The notes beneath the pieces were generated by a model, which saw nothing but the letters and a program-made list of their open reading frames with translations, was not told the origin of the DNA and made no database searches. This document shows, piece by piece, positions 50,621 through 63,858 of a stretch of 64,000 nt of DNA; position 1 is the first letter of the stretch; each line of letters opens with the position of its first letter. Location: contig MU008158.1 of NCBI GenBank assembly GCA_010909165.1, positions 2,567,478-2,631,477 on the forward strand, in the 5' to 3' direction. A program made the position numbers and the translations under genes. The DNA comes from Anthoceros angustus. Lineage: Eukaryota; Plantae; Anthocerotophyta.

Positions 50621-51399
50621 ACCAATCTTGAACTGCGGTGATACCTAAAGGCGTCTGATGCGGGCAGCGGGACTAAGGCGGTACAAAAGCGAAACATGCA
50701 TGTCAAGCGATATGCAAGGTTCACGATCGATGGGACAAAGAACGGCATTCAAAGACTCGAGCTCATACTTCGGCGGTTTTGACCTTTCGCGCGTATACGC
50801 AAAGCATTCAAAACAGGTGTGCGCGTGACCAAAAAGCGGCGTCAGGTCACGCGAGGCGAGAGGCTGCGCACTACAAAGAAGACAGCGTCGAAAAGAACGG
50901 CGGGGTTGGGCGGTTAGGAAGATACGCGCCAAGCGGCGGGCGTGGTAGAGGACTGGCGCGTGGTTGGTGGGCGTGGACACACACTTCGTGGTGGGCGGTG
51001 CGTGAGAACCAGACACCAACGTGATGTGGGTGTGTGATGGCGTCTCAGTGTAGAAGAGAGGTCGAGATCAAGAGGAAAATCAATGGAAAAGGCGTGATAT
51101 TCAAAGTAAGAGCAAAACAAGCGTTTTGACGGTGAACGCTCCGCAAGTTGTCCCGTTGTCACGAGGTGGATCGGTATGGCGTGAAAGACTCCGCTTGGGC
51201 AGGCGTTAGCGGGGCGAGAGGAGACCATGATCTTCACGCTCCGCCTTCAAGCTCAGGCAAAGCTCCGCGGAAGCTGAGAACGGACGGCGTGGTGGTGACG
51301 CGTGGTGAAGAACCGGACTGGCGGCGTGGTGGGTGGTCGAGAAAGGACCACCCGGCTGGCGCGTGGTGGGCAATGAGCCTGAGAAAACAGAGCCGGCGG

Positions 51400-53400
51400 C
51401 GTGATGGGTGTAGAGGTAAGAAGAGGCGTGCTTGAAATGGTCTAGAGTTAGGGTTTAGATGTTTGACAGGTGTGCGGTGATTGCGGCGAGTTGATTTCGC
51501 CAGTTGGGGTTTGGAAATTAGGTGTTGCATGGGTAGGTTTGGCAATGTGACTAGGTTTGGTTGAGGGCGGCGCAAGGCAATGCGAACCGCTGGTTGGGGT
51601 CCGCCCAAGGTTAGGTTCGGTATTCAAATGGTTTGGTAGAGAGAGAGTGGCCCGAGTGAGAAGGTTAGGGTTTGGTGGCCTATATAAGCTTGTTTTGGAG
51701 TCTTTTTGGTGTGTTTTCGTAGGTGTTGAGCTCCGTCATCCTTAGTTCTGCGCTTGTATTGTTCATTGTCCTTAGGCCAAGTTTGTTTTTAGGCGCCAAG
51801 TTTGCTTCCTCATTGCTCTTGTCAGGGCCAAGTTTGTTTCTCGTTGTTTTCGGTCCAAGGCGTGCTTGTGCTTTCTTTTAGGTGTAGCCTTTGCTAGTTT
51901 TGTTTGAGTCCTCTTTGGCCGCATCCGTCTTACTTTGTTTGTTGAGCTTGCCTTTCTTTCTTAGTGCTTTTGTTTTGTAGTTCACGCCTCCTTCCTTGTC
52001 AAGGTTTCGTTTTCGCGCTGTGTTTAGCGGTTTGTTCTTGTTGTTTCAACTTTTACTTGTTCGCTCTAGTTCGGTCTTTGTCCTTTGTGCTTAAGGCTTT
52101 GAAGCTTGTTGTGTTCAAGTCTAGGTCGATGGCTAAGGTGTTTTACTCTCGTTTCTTAAAGGCGGTTTTGTTCAAGGCCTGAGTTTTCGCCTTTAGGGCT
52201 AGGCGTGTTGTTTTGTTCTGCTCATTTTTCGGCCCTGTCTCGTGGTGTTGTTGTCTGTTTGTTATCCAGCTGTTTTTGTTTGTTCTTGGTGTAGGCTGTA
52301 GGCTTGTTGTCGAAGGCCTTGCCTTTGTTTTTCATGCTTAGGTTTTCTGTGGTGTCTTGTGTTCTTCTGGTCTAGGAGGTTTGGCGATTTGCTTAGGTTT
52401 TCGTGCTTGTTTCTTTATTGTTGTTTATCATGCTCGCTTTGTTGGTTGTTTGTTTTTGGTTCATGCTTTTTTTGTTTCTTTGGTGACGCTTATGTTGCTC
52501 TTGGTTTGTCGCTTGCTCTTACATTTTGTGTTTGTTCGCTTCCGTCTTGCGTTTTTTTAAGCGGTCAATTATCTGTCTCCTGCCGTCATCTGCGTCTTCT
52601 TGTGTTTCATCTCGTGTCTTGTTTATTTGCTTGTCGATGTTGTTTTTGAAGTCGTTGTTTCTTGTTGTTTGTCGTGCAGTCTGGTTCTTGTTGGTTCTTT
52701 TAAGGTTTGTGTTGATATTGATGTCTTTGTTTTGGTCATGAAAGTACCTTTTTAATGTTTTGGCCACTTTGTGAATAATTCTCGCACGATTCTGGATGCA
52801 AAAGCTTGGTTCAAGTCTGACTTATTTGTCACGTCTTTCGCGTGGTATATGTTGTGTGTCAAACATTTTGTATCTTGTTGTTTGTTTTTCTTGTTGTCTT
52901 GTTTTTTGCTTTCTTTGATGTCATCTTTTACCATTTTGTTAATCAGTTGATGGTTTTTCATTTTTTTTGTCGTTTCTTTGTTCTATTTCTCTTCTTTGCT
53001 TTCTGTGTCTCTTCTATTCATGTTAGCTGTTTTTCACATTTGTTTTGTTTGTTGTCTTGTTATTTCGCACTGTGTTGTTACTTTGTTTTCATTTGTTGTT
53101 TGTGACAAATGGTTATTGTGACTTGTTGTTTCTTGTCGTATGTTATTTCTGGTTTTGTATTGTCGGTGTTTATGCTTCAATCGTTTCATCTCATTCTTAT
53201 TCTAAGGTTCTTGCTTGCGGACAACTTGACATATAAGGTTTTGTTGTGTAACCACATAGTATGGTTGTATTTTAAACTTGATGATTTCTCCTCATTGATA
53301 ATTACCTCGTTGTCTTTTTGTTTGAAATGTGAGTGATCTCTTAAATAATCTAATCTTTATGTGTAGGCTTTATTGTTCATCGTGTGAAGGGTTGACTGCC
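51400..53400. other. T/G-rich, A-poor strand-skewed low-complexity tract
   Basis: The plus strand is dominated by TTG/GTT/TTT runs by eye; TATATAAG at ~51681; minus-strand ORFs are K/N/T/Q-rich low complexity. Confidence 0.7.
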
Positions 53401-54399
53401 AACATTCGATTGAGTGCATGCGTGAATCGGGATAACCATTTTGGAATTTGAAGTCATGATTGAATCTCGTAGTTTGCGTTATACATTCTTGTTGTTTGTG
53501 CTGCGGATAACCTTATTTTTGTTTGTTTTTTCCTCTTAAATCTAACTTGCCGACAAAGTCTTCTATTCAGGAAGTATGTGGGTGTTGTTTGAAAAGGAGT
53601 TATCTGTTCTCACTAACCAAAAGTGGAGGGATTTCAATATTTAACAATGTGTATATTCAATGAATGTGTGTGTATCCCCCATCCCTATCCTCGTCCTCGA
53701 TTGTTTTATAATCAATTGTTAGACCCTTGAGAGTTCCTATCGGAAGTTCGAACACCATGTAAGTGCTTTTTTATTTTGTCTTTTTGTCAACTTCTCCGGG
53801 ATGTTTGTGTTGTCAAGTTCCTTGACCACTCAATTGTTCGCTTTGCGGATGGCTCCTAAAAGAAAACCCGGGCCGGGGGAAGAAAACAAGGATCTTCTGA
53901 AGTTATGGCTAAGCCATATACTACAGTGATGTCAAATCCGGTTCGCATCGCAACTCATCCGCCGCAGGATGATGGTAAAGTTGATGGTGTCTTGGTGCAC
54001 TGAAGGAAGGAACTTTAGTTCCCAAAAGACTTGCCCAAACCGCCAAGGCGATTTTCATCCAAGAAGGACGCTCGTGCGGTGAGTTTGTTCAAGAGGAGAA
54101 GGGTGGACACTCGACCTGTGGCTTTGGTTGAAGGTCCTCTTGCGAGATTACTAACTATGTCCCGATTAATAGAGAGGGGTCCAGTTGTGGGGAGAATGAT
54201 TTCTTGATAAGGATCCCCATGGTTGTGAGTCGCCAAAACCTCGAGTCTAGAGATTTGTGTGCTGCCGTTGAGCAGGATGCTTTACAGGGCGGTTTTCCAT
54301 GCTGTTGTGGTTCCCGACCGAGTCATCCACGATCAAGAAGTGCTTGATATGTTTGAGAGGCTAAAGTGTGATGATCCGAAGATGACTTTGCCATGGGTA

Positions 54400-57078
54400 T
54401 GGAGGAAATTGATGATGAAGCAATTTTCGGAGATTTGACCCAATAGTCCCAGGAGAGTGAATGATGCTTTGAGTGGTGGGGAGGATAGGTCCAAAGCGGC
54501 GAATAAGCGGTGTCAAGTCGTCTCAGGGCCTTTATGAAAGTGAGTGGGGTCAGGGGATGGGATACTCTGAGGATATTCCTTACAAGGATCTAAATCTTAT
54601 TCTGATACCCTTTTTCCATCAAGTTCGGAATCTGAAGGACAACAGGAGATTTTCTCCGAAGCGTAAGTAGTGATGTTTTTGACTTGTTGATTTTGATAGT
54701 TCGACTTTCATTCACATGGTGATTGATTTTTCTCTTGTGCGGGTTGATGTCTTTCTTTCGTGGTTTTAACCGAATTTTAACAAGGAAGTGCATCTTGAAC
54801 CAAAGCTTGGTTCGATGTTCTGATCAACATGTTTCATGGAATTTTCCATGGGTCCAGTGCGTTGGTTGCGTCCATGAAAATCGGCAAGGATCTTGGATTG
54901 TGTCATGTCGAAAGAGGTGAAGTTGATTTCCGATGATGATGGCGGATTCTTTCACACGAGATCATCAATGCTCATTTGGGCGGGGGCTCAAAAAGGTAAT
55001 ATTGTTGGTTTAGGGGTGCACTTTGATTGTTCATTTATGGTTTTAAACACGGAGGCCTGCTCTATTGTTTGCGGTGTGCATATTTTTGCATGACCAGTTT
55101 GGAGTTCGAGGTGGTGAAGAGTTACATAACCTCATCGAGGACTTCGTTCTCGCAGATTCAGAGGACCTTTTGTTCGATGTTTTGGTTGTTTTGTTCATTG
55201 TATCTTTGACGTCAGGTATGTTTTGGTTGTTTTGATGTCTTGTATTAAGCTCGCTTTTATTTGCGGTATCAACGGCTTCAAAAATTATAAAGTGGACATG
55301 AAGAATTACCAGTGAGCATTTAGTCAAGGTCAAGATTTCTGACGGGATGTTATCGAAACTTTTAGAGTCATATTGAACACTCTCCCAAGTGGTGCATAAG
55401 CGACAAAAATCTGTCAATTCAGGGGTTTTTGTTCAATTCAACAATTGATAACCCAAGATCAAATGTAAGTTTTGTTGTTATTGGGCTTAAGTTTTGTTGT
55501 TATTGGGCTTAAGTTTTGTGGTTTGTATTTACTAACTGTTTGTTTTTTGGCTAGGCTTGGTATGCAAAACTCCGTGTTTCAAAAGGAATGTTGTCAAGGT
55601 TCATGAAGACCATGGCTGAAGCAGCTGGGCTCGTTGGCTATTACACCAATAAGAGCTGCCGTGTAACAATGATTACACGTTTGACGATGGCTCAGGTGCC
55701 TTCTGATGCTGGGAGAAGTGTGACTGGCCATAAAACGGATGCTGGATTCTCAAGGTAATATGTTTTGAAAGCTTGTGACATTTGAGTCCTTTGTATGTTC
55801 CTTCCTGATGTTCTGATATGGTTTGCGATATGATGGGTCAAGCAAACAGCAGCGAAGAGTCCTTGTTCACTGAGTGGCGATCCTATCGAGCTTTTGAACC
55901 AAGAATCGGATGCGGGATGATTTAAGGGTGTTCTTCCGTCAAGCGTCCTCAATGTGACTCAAAATTGTATTTTCTAGTCGGCTGAAGATCGGCACTTGCG
56001 AGTGCAACAAGTTAACAATGTAAGTGTTTGAGATTTGTTGCAAGTTTGTAGGGACTTGTTTTGACTAATCGTGTCGACTTGTTTTTGTGTGTTAGGTCTC
56101 CTTGCAACTCCTGTTCATCATGAAAGCGGACCTTTGAACAATGTCACGGCGAGTTTTCCGCACCATGTGGTCCACTTTGTGTCCAAGTTCGAGTTGGTAT
56201 TGTCGTTCCTTGGTTGCGATCGCCATGTTGGATCTGTTTTAATCATCTGGTCTCTGTTGTGGGCGGTGGGAGGCTGGGCGTTTTGGTTGCAAACATACCT
56301 CGAAAGCGTGGCCAAGGCATCCGGATGGATATGAGGACCAACAAGGGTGTTCTAGTGAAATTCCATATGTTGACAAGGTTGATTCTTTGTCTGTTTGTTT
56401 GTTTTCACTTCTTTTGGAGTTTCCTGATTATGTTTATCTTGGCAGGTTGTGAATCCTGCGACTAGTGCGACCTTCATCCCTCATTTCAACATTGATACAG
56501 CTCTGAGGGAAGTGGATGCAGTGGTCCCTCTGTTGGAGGGCATTGTGCATAGTGAGTGTGATCAGTCATCTGAAGTTAACCAGGACAGAAATGTGGCTGT
56601 GGTAGCACCTCTGGATATTGTATTGCAGCCTGTGACTGCAAATGGAAATGGAAGTGGCTTTGAGCAGCGGCTTGCTGAGATTGCGGACGGGGTGGAGTAT
56701 GATAGGCAAGCAGAATTGGAGTTTCAGGCAAAAGGATTTGGAGGCTCTTATAGAGAGCAGAGTAGCGGTTGAATTACGAGTCTCTAAGCAAAGAGAAAGC
56801 CCTTGAGATCAGGCGGAGAAATGTGGAGAGGAGACAAGAGCACATTAAGCATCAAGAGAAATGGCGGCAAGAGGTTGAAGTGCAGTGGAAAAGAAACGAG
56901 GCGGAAGAATGTGTCTCGAGATATTTGCGCTATCGAAAATCCGTCGGGATTGGTAAGTTTTCTTATGCTCTTTATTAATCGGGACATTGAAAATCAATGG
57001 TTGTATTTTATTAGGTTGTCACCTTGCGGGGACAATTTCGTCCAAGTCCTCGCTTCATCAATTGGTTGCCAAGAATGA
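54400..57078 (+). pseudogene. Crypton-type tyrosine recombinase gene, intron-containing and degenerate
   Basis: KDLNLILIPFFHQVR (~54584); LLCGLMSFFRG (~54730); LFAVCIFLHDQFGVRGGEELHNL (catalytic-type R at 55107-55109); an open exon AWYAKLRVSKGMLSRFMKTMAEAAGLVGYYTNKSCRVTMITRLTMAQVPSDAGRSVTGHKTDAGFSR*Y (55555-55761); C-terminal exons to ~57078. Confidence 0.8.
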
Positions 57079-57127
57079 TCTTTGTACAAGCCAATCAAGC
57101 CAAGTGGTCGTGAAAATTACGTTTTCA

Positions 57128-60100
57128 ATCATAATTGTATATCAATTTCCTAAATAAGGTGAGTATCATTTCTAAGTATTTGCTATGATTATTTCCGGTG
57201 TTTTCTAGTATCCTAATCACGGTTTGTGTCTTTGTTTTTTGTTTGTAGGTTCCATTGTTGTTGAAGTAGAGTTCAATCTAGCGAGTTCAATCTATTGGTA
57301 TTTACTCTTCATTAGTTGAATTTGTATTTCATGCCATTACGGATACGAAACTCGCAAAGAAAAGGTTTCTTTGTTGGTTTTTGTATATCACGGATCCGCA
57401 TGAATATTATTTAACAGAAAATGTTTTTGTCATTAGCGATTTTGGTGGGATTTCTAGAATGAGCTTCTAGACCCGGTGGTATTCACTTGGTCGTCATGTT
57501 TTTACTCTAGTGCTCTATTTTCTACCTTGATGGTAGATGATTTTTACCCACTTGTATGGTTCGGTTGTTTTGTACCTTGATGGTAGATGATTTTCTACTA
57601 TCTTGTAATGAATTTTACTCTGGGTAAAATAATGACCAAAAGGTCAATTTTCTCTCTCTAAAATTTACACTACCGAAAAAAACCAGCTGGGCGTCGAGGC
57701 CCGAGCCGACTTTACGGTACTCATGGTATTGGAGGTTGCAGGATTGTCCGCAATGCACAAAGATTTCATTTTATTTCTTTGTGGGAAGGCAGTTGTGGCC
57801 CTGACCAGGTCGCAGGTTGGAGGTGGTGAAGGTGCCTCGATGGGGGCGGTGCACGCATGACAGAATCTTGGAGCAGAAGCGGCATGGCACGTTGGTGCCG
57901 TTGTGGATGCAATTCGCGAAGACCCAGGATTGCAATCTGCGTGCCTGACCATCGAGATAGGAACGCCAGCTTTGAACATGCTCTGTGAGAAGTCAATGGA
58001 GGCTTATGTGTGAGATTTCAGTCACAGAGAAGGACGCCTTTTTCAGCAATCACCGTCGTTCGAAAGTGGAGGAAAGCAGGTTGGATGGCACCCTATGGTC
58101 GCAGGTGGAGGGAATGATAGCGATGGATGTTACGCAATCGGAAGTGGAGTTGGAAGCTAGTGGTGAGGCGGTTGGGCGGAATGGGACCGGCGTCACATGT
58201 GATGGACCCGGGCCAGGCGGCATGCAGTGAGGCTCGTTTGTTGGCGGTTGGGACATTGAGCATCCTCCCGGGGAGTTGGATCAACACAATTTTTTTGTGG
58301 GGCCGTTCATTGCCGTTCGTGTACAGCGGCCAGAGCATTTCATATGTTACTTGGACTTGAAGCGAGCGAAGAGGGTATTCCAAAAGCTGGAAGCATGTGA
58401 CGATCATCGGGGCATGCCACACAATGGGGGTCGCCGCAGGATGCTACGATGGTGGAAGATCCCATGCCTTTTATTCGTAGGGCCTGGAACTGCTGCGCAT
58501 TGAGGTAAGCGGCAGTTTACATCGTTTCCGGGTTTGCGGCGGCTGAAGATTGAAAACGAGGCGGGGCCATCGACAATTGTCGATGGCTGCTCGGCGAGGG
58601 CGAGCAAGTGTATGCATGCGGCGAGCGGCCCTAGATTGTTCACAAGCAGACGGTGGTGTGTGCGTCTTTGGTTTGGAAGTGTTGTGCGGTACTTGTGCGC
58701 ACTTGAACAATGAAATCAAACGGAAGCGAAAAAACGCGTGATAGCTGCAGGCGCTTTCGCCCGCGACTTCTTCGTGATCTGCGGCGCGATCAGCGGTGTG
58801 AACCCGGCGCTTAGTGGCGGACCCGTGGAACACAAAATCGGAGTGGCGGATGGTGATCGGCGGCGAGCTGAAACCCTTGGCTGCGGACATGGCATTCTCG
58901 GGCGGAAAGTGTTAGGGAGGATTATCGGTGCGGTCTGAGCATTGAGGTTTGAGCGGGAGGAAGGCGCATGGGCCGGAAAAAGCGCTCCATTTGGAGTAGT
59001 AGCGGTCGGAAGGTGTTGAGGCCGACCACGCACCTTTGCCATCAGTATAATTATGTCAATTTCCTAAATAAGGTGAGTATCATTTCTTAAGTATTTGCTA
59101 TGATTATTTCAGTGTTTTCTAGTATCACTAATCACGGTTTGTGTCTTTTTTTTGTTTTGTAGGTTCCATTGTTGTTGAAGTAGAGTTCAATCTAGCGAGT
59201 TCAATCTATCGGTATTTACTCTTCATTAGTTGAATTTGTATTTCATGCCATTACGGATATAGAAACTCGCAAAGAAAAGGTTTCTTTGTTGGTTTTGTAT
59301 ATCCCGGATCCGCATGAATATTATTTAACAGAAAATGTTTTTGTCAGATTAGCGATTTTGGTGGGATTTCTAGAATGAGCTTCTAGACCCGGTATTCACT
59401 TGGTCATATGTTTTTACTCTAGTGCTCTATTTTCTACCTTGATGGTAGATGATTTTTACCCACTTGTATGGTTCGGTTGTTTTGTACCTTGATGGTAGAT
59501 GATTTTCTACTATCTTGTAATGAATTTTACTCTGGGTAAAATAATGACCAAAAGGTCAATTTTCTCTCTCTAAAATTTACACTTTTACGAAAAAAACCAG
59601 TAGGCGTCAGGGCCCGAGGCCGCGACTTTCTGGTACTCATGGTATTGGAGGTTCTTGAGTTGTCCGCAATGCACAAAGATTTCATTTTCGGTGCATGGAG
59701 AAGGCAGATTGTGGCCTGACCCGAGGTGCAGGTTGGAGGTGGAGGCGAAGGTGCCTCGGTGGGCGGTATCATGCCGCATGGGGCACGGAATCTTTGGAGC
59801 AGCCAAAGAAGCGGCATGGCACGTTGGTGCCGTTGTGGATGCAATTCGCGAGACCGGGATTGCAATCTGCGTGCTGACCATCGAGATAGGAGGCATGACT
59901 TTGACCATGCTCTGTGAGAAGTCAATGGAGGCTTATGTGGGAGTTTTCCGCGAGAGAAGGGCGCCCGGCAATCAAATCGTTCGAAAGTGGAGGAAAGCGG
60001 GTTGGATGGCACCCTATGGTCGCGGGTGGAGGGAATGATAGCGATGGATGTTACGCAATCGGAGAAGTGGAGTTGGAAGCTAGTGGTGAGGCGGTTGGGC

Positions 60101-60962
60101 GGAATGGGACCGGCGTCACATGCATGGAAGACCCACGGGCGATGGAACATGCATGAGGCTCGTTTGTTGGCGGTGGGGACATTGAGCATCCTCCCGAGTT
60201 GGATCAACACAATTTTTTGTGGGGCCGTTCATTGCCGTTCGTGTACAGCGGGCGGAGCATTTCATATGTTACATGGACTTGAAGCGAGAGAGTATTCAAA
60301 CAATGTGACGATCATCGGGGCATGCCACACAATGAAGTCGCCGGGATGCTACGATTGGAAGATCCATGCCTTTTGTTTAGGGGCCGTCGTGGAACCCTGC
60401 GCATTGAGGTAAAGGCGGCATGTTACATTTTCCGGGTTTGCGACTGAAGATTGAAGCGAGGCGGGGCCGCCGACAATTGTCGATGGCACCTGAAAATGCG
60501 AGGGGCGAGAAGTGTATGCACACGGCGAGCGGCCCATTCTAGATTGTTCAAGCAGACGTGTGTGGTGCGTCTGTTGGTTTGGAAGTGTTCTGGAGTGCAC
60601 TTGTTCTTGCCAAACAAAATCAAGCGTGAAGCGAAAACGTGATAGCTGCAGGCGCTTTCGCCCGAACTTCTTCTGATCTACCTCTGCGGCTCGATCGCGG
60701 TGTGCAAACCCGCCGCATGCGCTTCAAGCTGGCGGACCGTCCGTGGAACACAAAATCGGAGTGGGCATGGTGATCGGCGGCTGAAACCCTTGGCTGCGGA
60801 CATGCCATTTCTCGGAACAAAGTGTTGGGAGGATCGAAATCGGCGGTGTGCGAGACATTGAGGTTTGAGCGGGAGGAAGGCGCATGGGCAGGCGCTCCAT
60901 TTGGAGAAGTAGGCGCGAGGTGCGGAAGGTGTTGAGGCGCCGACCACACACCTTGGCCATCA
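57128..60962. repeat. ~1.92 kb tandem duplication (57128-59040 / 59041-60958)
   Basis: Colinear copies with ATCA at the three junctions (57128, 59041, 60959). Each copy spans an AT-rich to GC-rich transition. Confidence 0.9.
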
Positions 60963-63858
60963 CACACAGGGCAGCGGTGAAGGGTGCCCATGGGGCCAGG
61001 CAGCGGCCTTGCAGCGGCGGACGAAGGAGGAAGATGGTGGCGGTCGCCCGGCCAGGCTGCATCAAAGGACTTGGCAAGGCCATCATCATGAGGACGGTGA
61101 TCACTTGTGCCCCTGCGAAAGGTGCAAAGGGGATGAGGGGCTGGAAGGGGAGATGAAGGATGCATAGAGACGCGGCGCGACGCGCCTTACACCGCAAACT
61201 GTACGATTTGGCAAAGACTTGCGGTGGAGGATCAGGCCCAAGTGAGCTAGGGTCGCAGTTTTGAGCACGGACGAGGCTCTCGTGACGCACACGCATGGCG
61301 CGGGTGTATGGGAGGTCGTCGGAGGAGGTGTGCATCGATTGCCACGCACACACCCATCACCCCGACGGCGTGAATGCCGAATACGATTCGCGTGCAGAGT
61401 TGCAATCGGATGGAATCGAAATCCCTAGGAGACAGTGACGAGGCGCCGCGCTTGATGCACGAGCACATGGCACGACGGCCGACAAGGCGCATCCGCTGGC
61501 CCAAGACACCAATGCGACACCCATGTACATGTGGCATATGGATTGTGGGTGCGTGATGAGGGGCCGGGCGATGTTCGCAGATTGCTAGGAAGAAGTGATT
61601 GCGTGAGTTGTGACCGCAATCGACGGGTGCATGTTGCCCAGTGCGCAATTTTATGACAAGATGTACCAATTTACCAGTGCATGGGGCCATAGATGGGGCA
61701 ACCCATTACGCCCCCGGTTGGTGCCGGAGGATAACAAGCGGGAACGATTTTCAACGCCTATGTGGAAGCAAGTGAGGAAGTTTGGGCATCCGCAATGATT
61801 CTACGACCACGCAGCAGCACAACCTAATAGAGGCATATGAACCAAGCGAGGCCAAGGGCACATGGAAGCAACTTCATCCGCGCCCCTCCGTGCACAACTG
61901 TAAAAGTGTGGTGCTTGGTCTGCGTTGTCCTTGTCGATGACACCGGTGAAGGTGGGTATGCGGATTGTTGCGAGGATTGAGCATGGCGGTCCTGGGAGAA
62001 AAGTCCTCTACAAGGGTACATGATGGATATGGTGAGGAGCAATGAATCGACATCACCAACCACATCCATTCCTCGTGACGTGACCTTCATGCCCACGATG
62101 AGGGGCTGAGCTCGAGCGCTGGAGGCGTGTATGGAATAGGCACCGGTGCGGAAGATCGTGGCAGGCTGAGACATCCCGCCATGTGCTCGCAATCGCATTC
62201 CAAGAAGAAGGTCGACTACAGGGTGCAGCACCGCATATGGGGTGAGGAGGACGATGGCGAGGAGTTCGATGTGGTGGCCTCAAGATGCACAAACGTGGCC
62301 CCGGAGATGCCACCACTGCAGAATTGAACGGGGTGAGAAACCGCAGTCGATTCCCATATATTTTGTCCGCAGTTGCGCATTGTGGGAGCGCGACGCTTAT
62401 ATGTGCGCCCATGGGGAATCGAACTGTGGGCCACTGGCTGTGATGCGAACCGCAGATGGCGAGGACAATGCATATGCAAAGGGCTTGCAGGACATGGACT
62501 TCCTCCCGACATGTATCGGTACATGGGCTAACTCTGCGGTGCGAGTACAGACGCGTGCCCAAATACCTCCACCGGTGGACGGAGGGAAAGCCACCCGTGG
62601 GCGTGGGGCCATCACCACCTGCTGCGATGGTGCACAGCGTGAGGGGCGTGTGGCCCAGTTTGCGCCTTCCAAGTGAGCTAGGTGTAGGCGGCGAGAAAAG
62701 TGTTTTGTCGCTCCATGACCAGGGCCCGACAATGAGGATTTCTTTGTTCTGGCCTTTTGAGACATGAGCCCAGTGGTGGCTTTGTTGTGGTCGAATGTAA
62801 AAGTGGTTAAGTGAAGATGGTGTCTTCCTTGAGGCCTGTATGGTGGCGGTAATCGCCGGCTGGATGGGCTGCGATAGCCCGGTAGGCGTACATGGCGCCT
62901 CAGGGCCCTACTCGGCCACAAGGGCTGTATGTGTGCAGCTCAGCGGATGGCTCCTCCACGCTATCTCCCATAAAGGTCTGGCACGGTTTTCCAGTGGCAG
63001 GCGAGATGGGGTCATGCGAATGGATGTGCGATGTGTGACCCTAAAAAAAACATTGTGTGTCACAACCACAAAAGATTCTTCACACGGACACCACAGGCTT
63101 GGTGACGAGATCGGGACACGAGGGCGGCGCCGGCATGTCGTCGAGTGTGTGACACAGAGTTTTCCAGTATGCGGTGAAAACTCTTTTACGATCGAAAAAA
63201 ACCCTAAAGGGCTTCCTGACGAGATCGGTATTCCATACAAAGGAGTTTGTTTCTCATTCGTCGAATATGAAAATTATACAGCATATAAACACGTCTCAAT
63301 AATATACCATATAAATACGTCTCAATAATATACCTTCTTCTTCTTGAGTATGAGTTATCAACTTCATAAATAATAATTTTACTAGAATTTATATTTATAG
63401 ATCTAGTAAATATTATATAATTTATATTAGAATATATTTATTACAAAATGTATTAAAATATATTTTTATAAACATATTATAACGCACAACACATGCGTGC
63501 ATGCACGAGCTACATGCAGTGTGGAAAATGGACGACACACATATATCCATAGGTAGTGTAAGGAGGATGACAATGTTGAGGGTCCAGGCAGGCAGGCTAT
63601 TGAGAGTGTAGGCTAAATGGCAGGGCAACTGGGTGAGTGGTTTGACGCGACTCGGGCGGCGACTGGCAGCTGCACGTTGTCTCCCATCCCAGTCACAGGC
63701 CTGACTACTCTTCGTGAGTCCAGTCGGCGCCCGCACGCTTTGTGTCCGCCCGCGCGTTCGTCTCCGCCCCCGCCGGGCTCGAGGCCGTGTCCGCTTGCGC
63801 TTTCGCTTTGAGCTTTGAGCTTTGCGCTTTCGCTTTCGTTTTCGCCTCCGCTTGCCCT

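Noticed and set aside
55467-55519. 22-bp tandem repeat AAGTTTTGTTGTTATTGGGCTT
   Set aside because: A simple slippage duplication in an intron of the recombinase remnant, with no evident function.
63240-63520. Helitron 3' end (CTAG at ~63404, palindrome CGTGCATGCACG at ~63496)
   Set aside because: The hairpin and CTRR are not in the required order and spacing, and no Rep/helicase was found in the window.
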